Source: Oopsacas minuta (taxonomy: Eukaryota; Animalia; Porifera). Taken from it: a DNA stretch of 31,578 bases. The stretch covers positions 639,334 to 670,911 of the forward strand of contig JAKMXF010000177.1 of NCBI GenBank assembly GCA_024704765.1. Reading direction: 5' to 3'. Position 1 is the first letter of the stretch, and every line of letters starts with the position of its first letter. The notes beneath the pieces are model-generated. The model did no database searches and was not told the DNA's origin. It saw nothing but the letters and a program-made list of their open reading frames with translations. Made by a program: the position numbers and the translations under genes. This document shows, in pieces, positions 1 through 10,663 of this stretch.

Positions 1-1954
1 TATTACACCTGTGATATGATTCAGAACGAATACATCACTTGAGTGAGAGATTAAACTATAAGATATACTGCCTTCATTCCCTGTGTCTAAATTTGTTGCA
101 GAAATACGACCAATAACTCCACCAGTATTAACAACATGTAAATGGTCAAAATAGTAATTTTGTTCAGAGAATTCAGGTGCATGCATGTTCCTAGGGGTAA
201 CACGTATTTCAAATGATGCAATAACGAAATTACCTCCAAGATCAGAAGCCTGTATCCTCAGGTAGTATAAGGAATTAACGTCAACACATGGTACTGTATT
301 CAGGAAGAGTATCCCGATAATAGAGTTGATACTAAATACTGGATCAATATCACCGGATAATATCTTGTACGATAGAATATCTCCGTCTTTATCAATAGTT
401 TCAACCTTGTAAATAGTCATGTATCTATCAGTGCCATCTTCTACAAACAGCTGATAGATAGAATGTGAAAATTCTGGTGATCAATCGTTCACATTTTCTA
501 TTTGTATAATAACAGTTACAAAGCTAGATTTACGGAAAGAAGAATAAGCATTATCTGTTGCTGATAAGTCAAACGAGATTTCTACTGGATCTGTTTCAGC
601 ATCTAATAACGGAGTTAATACAATTATACCCGTAGTAGAATTCACTATACAATAAATATTATACGAAATACTGTATGTAATATCCCCATTGATACCAGTA
701 TCCATATTAACAGCATTTGTTTGTAGAATAGAATTTCCAATTGAAGTTCCTTCTGGTATAGATATAGTGAAGTTATGTTGGGGAAATATTGGTGTGTGTA
801 AATTGGCTGGAATGACGTTAATAATCACGATTGCACTATCTGTATGTATAGAGTCATTTACTGATACAGTTATAGTTGGACTCTGAATAACCAATTCCTT
901 TGCTACAAATATATCTCCAGTGAATGGGTCTATATCGAAGTAATCACTAGTCGTGGTGAATTGGTATAAAAGAGTTGAGGATGTATCCACATCAGTTGCA
1001 ATTATTCTACCAATAATACCAGCAACAATTGTATTATTTACTACTGTAAATATGTAGGTAGATTCGGCGAAAATAGCTGGAGAATCGTTCTCGTCTAAAA
1101 CTACTATTTCAACAGGAAGTGTAGTGGATTTTCGTTGCCAGGGTGAAGCGTTATCTTCCGCAGTTATCACCAAACTCAATATTTGTATCTGTTCATAATG
1201 AAATAAATTAACAAGGGTTAGAACACCACTACTTTGATCAATAGGGATATAATAATTATCTGTAATAGTATAAGAAATTACCGCATTAGCTCCTATATCA
1301 TTATCAGTTGCTGTTATCAGTAATACATCAGTTGAATAATTATTCTCTAGAATGTTAAATGAACCGTTTGAATTAGAGAATAATGGAGAGTACAAATTAG
1401 GTTCTTCTACAAAAATCGTCACTAAAGCTGTAGCAGTATATATCCCATCATTATATGATATTTCTATAGAATATTTACTAACCAAATTCAGCCCAAAGTC
1501 TTCTGTTAATCTGATAACACCATTCTCAGAGATTGTGAAAATAAATGGATCAGATATAATAGCATAGGAGAAAGGCTAGTTGATGTTATTACGTCATCAA
1601 TAATAAAAACTGTACCAATTGGGTTACCTGATTGGAAATTTGAAGCGAATATAAATGTATAATTAGTGAGAGAAAATTCAGGAATAAAATCGTTAATATC
1701 TTCAATGATAATATCAACAGAAATATCAGAATATCTGTATTCGAATAGATTACCTGGGTTATATGCTAGAATAGTCAAAGTATACGAGTTCATTTCTTCA
1801 AAATCGAGTGAAGTTTTGACGAACAAAGCTCCATCATTAGAAATATCGAATACTTCATGAATATTCCCTGTTGAAATGTAATACTCAATAATACCAGAGT
1901 CTCCAATGTCAAAGTCAACTGTTTTAAATTAATAGACAAGTTCAGCTGCACCAA
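1..1954 (-). pseudogene. Multi-cadherin-repeat (Fat/protocadherin-like) gene fragment, disabled; runs off the window start
   Basis: About 6 cadherin repeats with DxD, LDxE and DxNDxxPxF motifs (TSLDFEE, EDINDFIPEF, ATDND, DENDSPAIF, LLDAETD). In-frame TGA at 481-483 (ENVND*SPEF), after which the frame continues to base 1 (ASDLGG, PRNMHAPEF). Frameshift near 1570 joins ORFs 1506-1826 and 481-1485. Stop near 1930. Confidence 0.85.
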
Positions 1955-2522
1955 GTTATGCCACAAACTGAGCAATCAAATCCTCCCCTTGAGTTTATAC
2001 AATTGCAGCCATTACAAGTTGAATTTAGTAATCCACCATTTTTGATACAATAGGACAGGTAGTACAATCGGTACCCTCCCACATGTTATTACACTCACAC
2101 CTACACACATTATCTCCTATACCGTCAATATATAATTCCTCGTTTTGACCAGGAGTACCCAAGCAAGGAAGGTATTGGCTCTCGCATACAGTATCGAAAT
2201 ACTCAACAGCACAATTCCTATCACTACAATCTGTTTCAGCTGTTCCATTCTTGCAGATTAAATCCCAGTTTGAGCAGTCAGGACCTGATCTATTCGGAGC
2301 ACAAACACAAGTAGACTCAATATTATACACATAGTTCTAAGGACACATGACTACACACATTCCATCGAGACTATAAGAGGAACACTCTGATGCAGACTGT
2401 CCGTAGCAATAGCCTAATGAGGTATTAACACCAGCTCTAAGACAATCATCATGGCATTCCATACAACCGTACAGATCACTAGAGACTGGAGAGAAGTTAA
2501 GATTACATTCATAGCAATCTAC
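1955..2522 (-). pseudogene. Cys-rich fragment: furin-like repeat followed by EGF/laminin-EGF-like repeats
   Basis: Translates as VDCYECNLNF..GCMECHDDC..YCYGQSASECSSY..GMCVVMCP*NY..CVCAPNRSGPDC..WEGTDCTTC. Its last ~70 bp (1955-2025) are homologous to +7905-7965. Contains a stop and a frameshift. Confidence 0.75.
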
Positions 2523-2524
2523 AG

Positions 2525-2759
2525 GTTAACGCGTGGATAACAGAATCCGTAACTGTTTCTTACATACACGCGAAATATAACGCGGTTAACCCGGCCATAT
2601 CTGATACCACTAACATATTTGGGGTAGATACTCCAATGAATGCGTTCAGTACATTTTCCCGTTTAAGAAAATCCTTTGATTTCATAGTGGAATGGAAATT
2701 GGCTCCATCCCTTGTGGCCGGAGGATAGCATGGCTGTAGTCAAGGGAGTCGCCAGGACA
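2525..2759 (-). pseudogene. Diverged Fem-1-like C-terminal ankyrin fragment
   Basis: DNA homologous to 4235-4420, 7300-7510 and 31000-31200 (..MKSKDFLKRENVLNAFIG..AGLTALYFAC..ETVTDSVIHAL). Frameshifted and bounded by an N gap. Confidence 0.75.
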
Positions 2760-2868
2760 NNNNNNNNNNNNNNNNNNNNNNNNNNNNNNNNNNNNNNNNN
2801 NNNNNNNNNNNNNNNNNNNNNNNNNNNNNNNNNNNNNNNNNNNNNNNNNNNNNNNNNNNNNNNNNNNN
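2760..2868. other. Assembly gap (109 N)
   Basis: Run of N. Confidence 1.
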
Positions 2869-3170
2869 CAACTACACTATATGTAATTACACCATCAATA
2901 CCATTATTTGCATCAGTAGCTTCTACAAGCCCTATCATTGTGTTACCAGGTGAATTCTCTTCGAAAGTAAATGTGTAGTTATTTTGTTGGAATTGAGGTT
3001 CATATTCATTGATACCAGTTATAGAAATGAAGCAGGTTAGTACTTCAGAGGTTAGACTTGGGAACTTTATCTTTCGCACTTAGGTATATAATATGAGATT
3101 CTACAGACACGAAATATTGTTGCTTCCTCTGTGAGTGGGATAGTAGAGTCAGGCAATCCCACTATATAGT
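2869..3170 (-). pseudogene. Cadherin-repeat fragment (copy 1 of the composite unit)
   Basis: SAKD..FPSLTS..INEYEPQFQQNNYTFTFEENSP..VEATDANNGIDGVITY. About 97% identical to 29024-29322. Confidence 0.85.
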
Positions 3171-3920
3171 TAAGGAGTGGCCTCTACGACATCAATTAAT
3201 TGCTGGTATAAAGAGTGTAAGTTGTCAGTCCTTAGTAATCCTGAGAAAATTCTATTACTACCTCTACAAATAAAACTGGGTTTGATGAAAAACATTGTAA
3301 AGGCGATGATAAAATATAATAAAGAAGGAGAAGGTTTCAAATACCTCAAGGACAAATTTCCAAAGGTCAGCGATGTTAAAATCAAGGAAGGGCTATTTAT
3401 AGGTCCACAAATTAGAGAACTATTCAAGGATCTAAACTTCGAAGCAGATCTAAATTCTGTCGAGAAAATTCATTCAAATATTTAAATGAGAACTTTTAGG
3501 AACTAAGAAATCACCAAATTATGAAGAAATTGTAGTGACACTACTTGATGCATTCAGAACAATAGGATGTAATATGTCTCTAAAAATACACTTTCTTCAC
3601 TCACATTTGCAATTCTTTTTCTTGAAAATCTATGTGCTGTGAGTGATGAACATGGTGAAAGACATCATCAAGATAAAAGCACAATGGAAAGTCGTTATAA
3701 TGGAAAATTCTCTCCAAACATAATGATTGATTATTGTTGGTCACAAGAAGAGATATTCCTGATGCAATACACAAAAGAAAATCACATTCCAATCATTTCT
3801 AAATTAGTAAAATAAATGCAAACTAATTGAAATTTTCATTGTAACTAAGTGATAAGTATGCATATGATTAGCCAAACTAAAGAGAGATATTAATAGAAAT
3901 AAACCGGGGGAATGATAAGC
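3161..3920 (+). mobile_element. Chapaev3 (CMC)-type transposase C-terminal remnant plus 3' flank
   Basis: YIVKEWP..KILLLPLQIKLGLMKN..KDKFPKVSDVKIKEGLFIGPQIREL..GCNMSLKIHFLHSHL..SDEHGERHHQD..MIDYCW matches the remembered Chapaev3-family transposase signature. Frameshifted; no terminus seen. Confidence 0.75.
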
Positions 3921-3999
3921 CAAAATATTACACACAAGTTCTTCAATAAATATACACAAAAGCAGCAGGCTTAACTGGAGGAGAGAAAGAGGAGAGATG

Positions 4000-5076
4000 T
4001 ATTCGTCACCTTTTGAAGGTGCTGTGCGATGAAGGTCTATGAAGGTTTCAAAAAACGCAGGTAGTGTGTCTGTAGACAGTTAGTACTCTATGATAATCCG
4101 TGCGGACAGACACGTTAGTTTCAACGGGTAATACGATATTAGTTCTAAATATTGTGAGGAAAATTTGCTGACACACGATTCTATAGAAGTTTGATTTGAG
4201 GGAGTCACAGAGCCTAAATGTGATCCAGCTTGTATTAACGCGGGGATAATAGAATCAGGAACAGTTTCCAACATTCACGCGAAATGTAACGCGGTTAAAC
4301 CATCCTTATCTCACACCTCGAACATATCTGGAGTAGATACAGCAATGAATGCGTTCAGTACATTTTCATGTTTAAGAAAATACTCTGATTTCATGATAGA
4401 ATGGTAAATTGGTTCATTTCTCGTCAATAGATGGAATAATAGCTGCAGTGCTTCCAATATCACAGGATTTCTATTCCCCTTCGCTGCATCTATCATAACT
4501 GGAGCCAGTCCCCCTTGATTCGCTATACTAATATTAGCGCCATTATTTAATAGACATATTATGACTTCAACTCTATTATTGTAAGACGCGGCGCTAAGCG
4601 GAGTAGAATTGGTTGCGCTTGTGTGATTAATAGACGCCCCGGCTTATAGAAGTTCTCTTACAATAGCGATATGTGCACCTATAAGAAAACAGAAGTAAAC
4701 AAAGGTAAATAACTAATATTTGAAGTTTATACCTAATGCAGCACACCATAAGGCTGTTACCCCTCTAATCTCATGTACTGCGTGATTAGATTTAACAGTC
4801 ATTGTGTAATCCAGTTTCAAAACTTCTTCAAATTTCTTTAGTATATAGCTTACTATATTATAATGACCTTCCTTAGCAGCTAGGATTAACGGGGACCCCT
4901 TATTTCCCTCAGGTTGGAATATTTTCTCTGGATCTGGATTCTCTAGTAAAGTTGTTAGTTGAGAGCTAAATTCTGGATATTTCTCTTTTGCTGCGGAATC
5001 CAATAATTCTTTGTGACAATTCATCTGAGCATGTTGATGACGTTGTTGTGAGAGGTTGAAGATGCCTACTTGCCAT
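4000..5076 (-). pseudogene. FEM1: Fem-1-like gene: N-terminal ankyrins fused directly to the C-terminal ankyrin region (middle deleted), multiple stops
   Basis: GSPLILAAKEGHYNIVSYIL..EIRGVTALWCAALG; 54-nt GT..AG intron at 4732-4679; AHIAIVRELL*AGASINH..NSTPLSAAS; then ILEALQLL..DKDGLTALHFA*..YPLKLTCLSARII (Fem-1 C-terminal motif, SLxCLAAR-like). Confidence 0.8.
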
Positions 5077-5144
5077 TTCTAATTGAAAGTTCTACAAGCA
5101 AAATAACCAATTTTGTAAATATTCAGTATATAGAATACGATAGA

Positions 5145-5770
5145 GAAGTTTCTCAAACCAAATATCAAGAAAAGCTAATATCTGATTCAAACACTTACGA
5201 TAAGAAACGTTCGTATTAGCTTCTATCCCTTGCACCAAAACAGCATATCTTGTGTAAATTCACGTGAAATAATCACCAAACCTTTCCATTGTCATCACAT
5301 CTGTACTGAACGCTGCCAATTGTGTATTTACCTCATTCATGAGCACGTTAAATTCAATGATTGATGTTCGTGTCACCATCCAACTTTTCTTTACCACAGC
5401 TTGTAATAGCTGATGCAATAACTCACAGCATCTCAGATAATTCAGAGAACCTTCACTATACAAATGATTGGTCAATCTCATCTTAAGATCACTAGATGTC
5501 TTGTACAATGGCCCGAATACCCTCTCGATTATTAGTACACACTGAATGAGGTAGTTTTTCTTGGTAATATTATATCTGTTACTTGTCTCATTTCTTGTAC
5601 ACCCTCATACAAATCTACAGCTGGCTTTCCGGGATAACTTAAATTGTGTCTCTCTCTCAATTCAAGTGCTTTTCTCCAAACTTGAGCTACTTTTGAAGAA
5701 GGATACTCCCAGACTATCTCTATCCCTCTGACTGACCACAAATCAACTTCACATTCAGGAGTATATTCAG
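5145..5770 (-). pseudogene. FEM1: Fem-1-like middle (TPR-like) fragment
   Basis: VWRKALELR..YEGVQEMRQV..CVLIIERVFGP..LRCCELL resembles Fem-1 WRRAMELR/ALLIRERILGP/RCIxLW. Inverted copy of 6615-7239. Confidence 0.8.
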
Positions 5771-7800
5771 TGAGATTAGAGGGGCAACAGCCTTATGGCA
5801 TGCGGCATTAGATACCAACTTCAAATATTAGTCATTTACCTTTGTTTACTTCTGTTTTCTTATAGGTGGTAATGTCAATATTGTTAGAGAACTTCTAGAA
5901 GCCGGTGCGAATATTAACCACTCAACGCAACAAATTCTACTCCGCTTAGAGCCGCGTCTTATCATAATAGAGAGGAAGTTAAAATGTGTTTGTTGAATAA
6001 GGGAGCTGATGTTAGTACAGCTAATCAAGTGGGACAGGCTCCTGCCGTGATAGCTGTATTCAGATTGAATGAAGATGCTCTTAGATTACTCGGTATCATA
6101 TAGATAATTTACAGTAGGAATATTTATACGATTTCTATACGTACAGTTAACTCACGTTATATCGAAGACGGAAATATCGAAATACCCGCTTATATCGATA
6201 TGTGTAATTTTACAAATATTGTCTCGAACCGTCAAAGTAACATAAATTACACCAGTCATATTGAAGAAATTATCACGATCCCTTGTGCTTCGAATATTGG
6301 GAGTTGACTGTATTATACTTTAATATTAGTTACCATATATTTGTATACAGATACCTGTGGCAAAGCTGAGCTCAGTCAGACAGTAGCTGCAGGAATAGAC
6401 GCACTACACGTAACAATAGAGCAAAAGCCCCAGAATATATTCAATCTATTAATCGACCTCGGAGCTGAAATAATCTGGCCATGTAGAGCCCAATCTCCAT
6501 CTCCTCCTATACCCAATTACGCAGTACCAGAGGTGCATCAACTCCCCTGCCATTTATTTGTAGCTGCAAAATGTGACAATGAGTATGCAGTGTACTATCT
6601 CAGAAAACAGCCTCAATGTACGCCTGAATATGAAGTTGACATGTGGCTAGTCGGAGGGATAGAGGGATTCTGGGATTATCATTATTCAAAAGTAGCTCAA
6701 GTTTGGACCAAAGCACTTGAATTGAGAGAGAGACACAATTTAAGTTATCCCGGGAAGCCAGCTGTAGATTTGTATGAGGGTGTACAAGAAGTGAGACAAG
6801 TAACATATTTATAATATTACCAAGAAAAACTACCTCATTCAGTGTGTACTAATAATCGAGAGGGTATTCGGGCCATTGTACAAGACATCTAGTGATCTTA
6901 AGATGAGATTGACCAATCATTTGTATAGTGAAGGTTCTCTGAATTATCTGAGATGCTGTGAGTTATTGCATCAGCTATTACAAGCTGTGGTAAAGAAAAG
7001 TTGGATGGTGACACGAACATCAATCATTGAATTTAACGTGCTCATGAATGAGGTAAATACACAATTGGCAGCGTTCAGTACAGATGTGATGACAATGGAA
7101 AGGTTTGGTGATTATTTCACGTGTATTTACACAAGATATGCTGTTTTGGTGCAAGGGATAGAAGCTAATACGAACGTTTCATATCGTAAGTGTTTGAATC
7201 AGATATTAGCTTTTCTTGATATTTGGTTTGAGAAATTTCCATCTCTCACCACAGTCGAGTCAGCCATCTATAGAAATCGTTTGATATTGGAAGCACCGCA
7301 GGCTATATCTCATCCACTAACAAAAGATGAGCCTATGTTCCATTCTATCATGAAGTCAAAGAATGTTGTTCGACATGAGTGCATTGAACGCATTCATTTC
7401 TGCAGCAGCCCTAGATCTGCTAGGGGCAACAGATAAGGACGGTTTAACCGCATTACATTTGGCGTGTATGTTGGAAACTGTTACTGATTCTGTTATCCCC
7501 GCGTTAATACAAGCTGTGTCACATTTAGACTCTGTTACTCCATCAAATCAAACTTCTATAGAATCGTGTGTCAGCAAATTTTCCCCACAATGTTTAGAAC
7601 TAATATCGTATTACCCGTTGATACTAACGTGTCTGTCCGCACGGATTATCGTAGAGTACCAACTGTCTACAGAAACACTACCAGCGTTATTCACACATTT
7701 ATTGACCTTCTACGCAAACCACCTCCCCAAATTGACGAATATATCTCTCTTTCTCTCTCCTCCAGTTAAGCCTGCTGCTTTTGTGTATATTTATTAAAGA
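5771..7800 (+). pseudogene. FEM1: Near-complete Fem-1-like gene lacking its first ~90 codons; frameshifted
   Basis: Ankyrin, middle and C-terminal segments are in native order. Intron 5812-5865 has its donor mutated to AT. Intron 6093-6350 (GT..AG) splices in frame (LRLL-D-TCGK). Frameshifts near 5930, 6810, 7290, 7380 and 7695. Confidence 0.8.
6144..6310. mobile_element. 167-bp pogo/Tigger-like MITE inside the Fem-1 intron
   Basis: TA|cagttaactcacgttatatcgaa ... ttcgaatattgggagttgactg|TA; imperfect ~22-bp TIR, TA TSD. Confidence 0.7.
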
Positions 7801-7837
7801 ACTTATGTTAATATTTCTAAATGCTCTATTATATTTT

Positions 7838-10555
7838 GGGGTGGTAATGACTGCAGTACTTGTGAATTTTCCAGCTGTTTGGATGGTGGAACTGCCAATT
7901 CAACTTGTAATGGCTGCAATTGTATAACTCACGGGGAGGATTTGATTGCTCAGTTTCTGGCATAACATGCGAAAAGGAAGGCTTTCACAACACGATTTGT
8001 ATTGGATGTGATTGTGTAGAATATTGGGAGGATTCTAGTTGTAGTACCTGTGGGCTGGACTGCAAACATGGTACTAGTCCATATTCAAATTGCACTGGGT
8101 ATCAATGTCCTCGTACACTGACAGGTGACTTATGTGATCAGGAAGCAGACATATGTTCTAGTGATCCGTGTGGAACTAGTAGCAATTGTACTGACCTTAC
8201 CCATCCAAATACATACGAGTGTGACTGTGATCCAGCGTACATATTAATTGACCAAGTATACCCTGTGTGTGTGTGTTGTTGATGATGCATGCGACCCTAA
8301 TCCTTGTGACCCTCAATTTTCCATAGATTGTCTTAATGTACCTCCACATGATTATATTTGTAATTGTGTACAGTGGAAGCCGCTTAATCGGGACAGCTCG
8401 GGAGTCAATGTTTTGTCCCGATTAACCGATTGTCCTGTTTAACTGATTATGATTATTGAAGTATTCAAGACTAGTTTTTCATTGCCACATGACCAGAAGT
8501 ATCCTAGTTCTCTCTTACTAATCCTGATTTATCTAGGTTTAGTAGAGATTTGGTTGTAGTATGAGTATATTTCCGCTTCAAGAGGTCATAGAATGCGTTA
8601 CGATATATACTTTAAAAGTAAGAAAATATAGTTTAAATAATTATGCATGTGCTTATTACCGCAACCCATGCAAAACGTTTGGATATCCAACAGTGTGGTC
8701 ATTATTGAGGGAATTATACACGGTGGAATAGCCAATGGAACCTGAGACGAGTGAGCAATGTTAATAATCTTAGTTTAGTAAATGGTAATCGCGTCTGTGT
8801 TGTATTGTTATAGTTGTAGATAATATTCCAATTCTTAGTTTTACAACAAACCATTTTACAATAATTCTGAATAAATATACAATCGTTAAATCGGGATAAG
8901 AAATACCAATTAAGCGAATAAAATTAATATCCGATTAATCGGGATAAGAAATCCTGAATAACCGATTATGACCTACAAATATTCGGGTAATGGGATAAAC
9001 AATCCCGATTAACCGATTCGATGTCCCAATTATTCGACGATTTTTCTATGTAAAAAATCTGTTCCCAAACCATTGTCCCGTTTAAGCAGATATCCTGATT
9101 AAGCGGCTTCCACTGTACCTGATATCACTGCTAAGAACTGCAGTGAGGTGATTGACAATTGTATACCTGATCCTTGTGTAAATGGAGTATGTATATGCGG
9201 TAACGCTACATACATATGTGAATGTACAAACTCATTTCAAGGTATGGATTGTGACGTATGCAACTTGACATGTGGTATAGGAAGCGTATTGAATAGTGAT
9301 ACATGCGAGTGTGATTTTACGAGGATTCCATGTGGAAGTACTTCCTGCGACCTGATCACTGAGGTTTGTGACGTAGATCACTGTATTTGTAACAGGCCTA
9401 CTTTCGCTGAAGGAATTGAACCTGGGCCTTGTTTTGAAAACGATGAATGTCTTGTTTTTCCATGTCACGAGGATACAATCTGTACCAATGCATATGGCAG
9501 CTATACTTGTGTGTGTAAACAAGGTTTCATAGGTGATGGCATTGACTGTACAGCATAATTGAGTGTAGTTTCTATTACCCAGCATGTGGGCAGTATCCAG
9601 CTGTTTGTATGAATATTGTAGGTGGATTTAATTGTGTTTGTCCCACTGGATATTCCTCGAATAATCTCACACAACCTTCTTACTGCTATACCGAGGATTG
9701 TAAGGAGAAAATGTGTGTGGATATCAATGAGTGTGCTACACCTGATTTATGCGGAGCGAACCAAAAGTGTGAAACATCCTAGGTGGATATTTCTGCGAAT
9801 GTTTACATGGGTTAGTTCCAACTGGATCAGATTGTACACCGTCTATAGATGGGCTGAAATGTTCTAGTACGCCTGATACCACTGGGAGTGTATATCCACA
9901 TACGCCCATTGGTATAACCACTTTTAAGCAATGCCCTAATACTTTGTATGGGGTAATTTCACGTACTTGTATTCCACTCATGTGAGTGCACAGCTGATCA
10001 GCCAGCATGGGGATACAGCAATGTAGATGAGTGAGTTAGTCAATACGTATTTGAATAAATGAACCAATTACGGAGGTTGAGTATTAGGGAATTGACGGAA
10101 GAAAATATCTTAGTGAATGCTATTAATGAAGTTTGGAGGTTAGCTGATGTTTCATTTCTATTGGGGAATGATTTGGAAATTGCTACAATATTTATTCATG
10201 AAGTGGAACTTGTTATTCGTGATTGGCCCACTTCTATCTACAAAATATGAATGACGTCACTGCAGATGGTATGGTTAACTTCGATTATTTTCCTCCATTT
10301 CGGTGTTTTACCTTTACTCGTTTTATATGAAACCTTCAATTCCACTAACGCATGCCATCACTCTATCAGAGTTGAGTTATCAGACATACAACACTCTCCT
10401 TACACACAATTCGATACAGTTAAAGTATATATTGGGATTATTCATTATATCTGATCTATCTGATTATACTAATTGGGAATTGAGTATAGGTTCATTCGTA
10501 TTTCAAACTTATACTAGTGGAATCAGCTTAATTGTATTTGAAGCGAGTCCTGAAT
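7838..10555 (+). pseudogene. Adhesion-GPCR-like ectodomain fragment: EGF/Ca-binding EGF repeats, HRM domain, probable GAIN start; disabled
   Basis: Many EGF repeats (ENDECLVFPC..CTNAYGSYTCVCKQGFIGDG, DINECATPDLC). HRM-like YPHTPIG..CPNTLYGVISRTC..WGYSNVDE*VS at 9893-10040. Helical segment with LLGNDL (GAIN-A-like) from 10059. Frameshifts including a (TG)n slip at ~8265, stops, and a MITE insertion. Confidence 0.7.
8371..9115. mobile_element. 745-bp pogo/Tc1-mariner-type MITE interrupting an EGF repeat
   Basis: 23-bp TIR cagtggaagccgcttaatc(g/a)gga and TA TSD at 8369-70 and 9116-17. Excision restores YICNCV-PDITAKNC. A second copy lies at 29414-30104 in the opposite orientation. Confidence 0.95.
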
Positions 10556-10557
10556 CA

Positions 10558-10663
10558 AATATAGCAGCTAATGCGGAAATTTCTTATACTATTACAGATA
10601 ATTATTATATCTCTATTGATGAAAGTAGTGGTGTTGTAACCCTTGTTAATTTATTTGATTATA
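10558..10663 (+). pseudogene. Short cadherin fragment
   Basis: ANAEISYTITDNYYISIDESSGVVTLVNLFDY; about 93% DNA match to the reverse complement of ~1195-1295. Confidence 0.8.

Noticed and set aside
2663-3079. ORFs reading through the N gaps (2663-3079, 2712-2978, 28921-29262) as fusion proteins
   Set aside because: The frame across an estimated-length gap is meaningless.
3990-7800. Link to the silkworm Fem piRNA sex-determination system
   Set aside because: Name similarity only. These are Fem-1 ankyrin/CRL2 adaptor homologs, and nothing in the sequence supports a role in sex determination.
8880-9060. Regularly recurring aatcggga/aaccgatt motifs as a CRISPR-like array
   Set aside because: Spacing is irregular, both orientations occur, the motifs lie inside a TA-flanked MITE, and the context is eukaryotic.
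481-10033. In-frame TGA at Cys-like or conserved positions (481-483, 4275-4277, 10031-10033), suggesting UGA recoding or selenocysteine
   Set aside because: The same fragments also carry TAA/TAG stops and frameshifts, and intact REXO1 ends in TGA. Ordinary pseudogene decay explains them.
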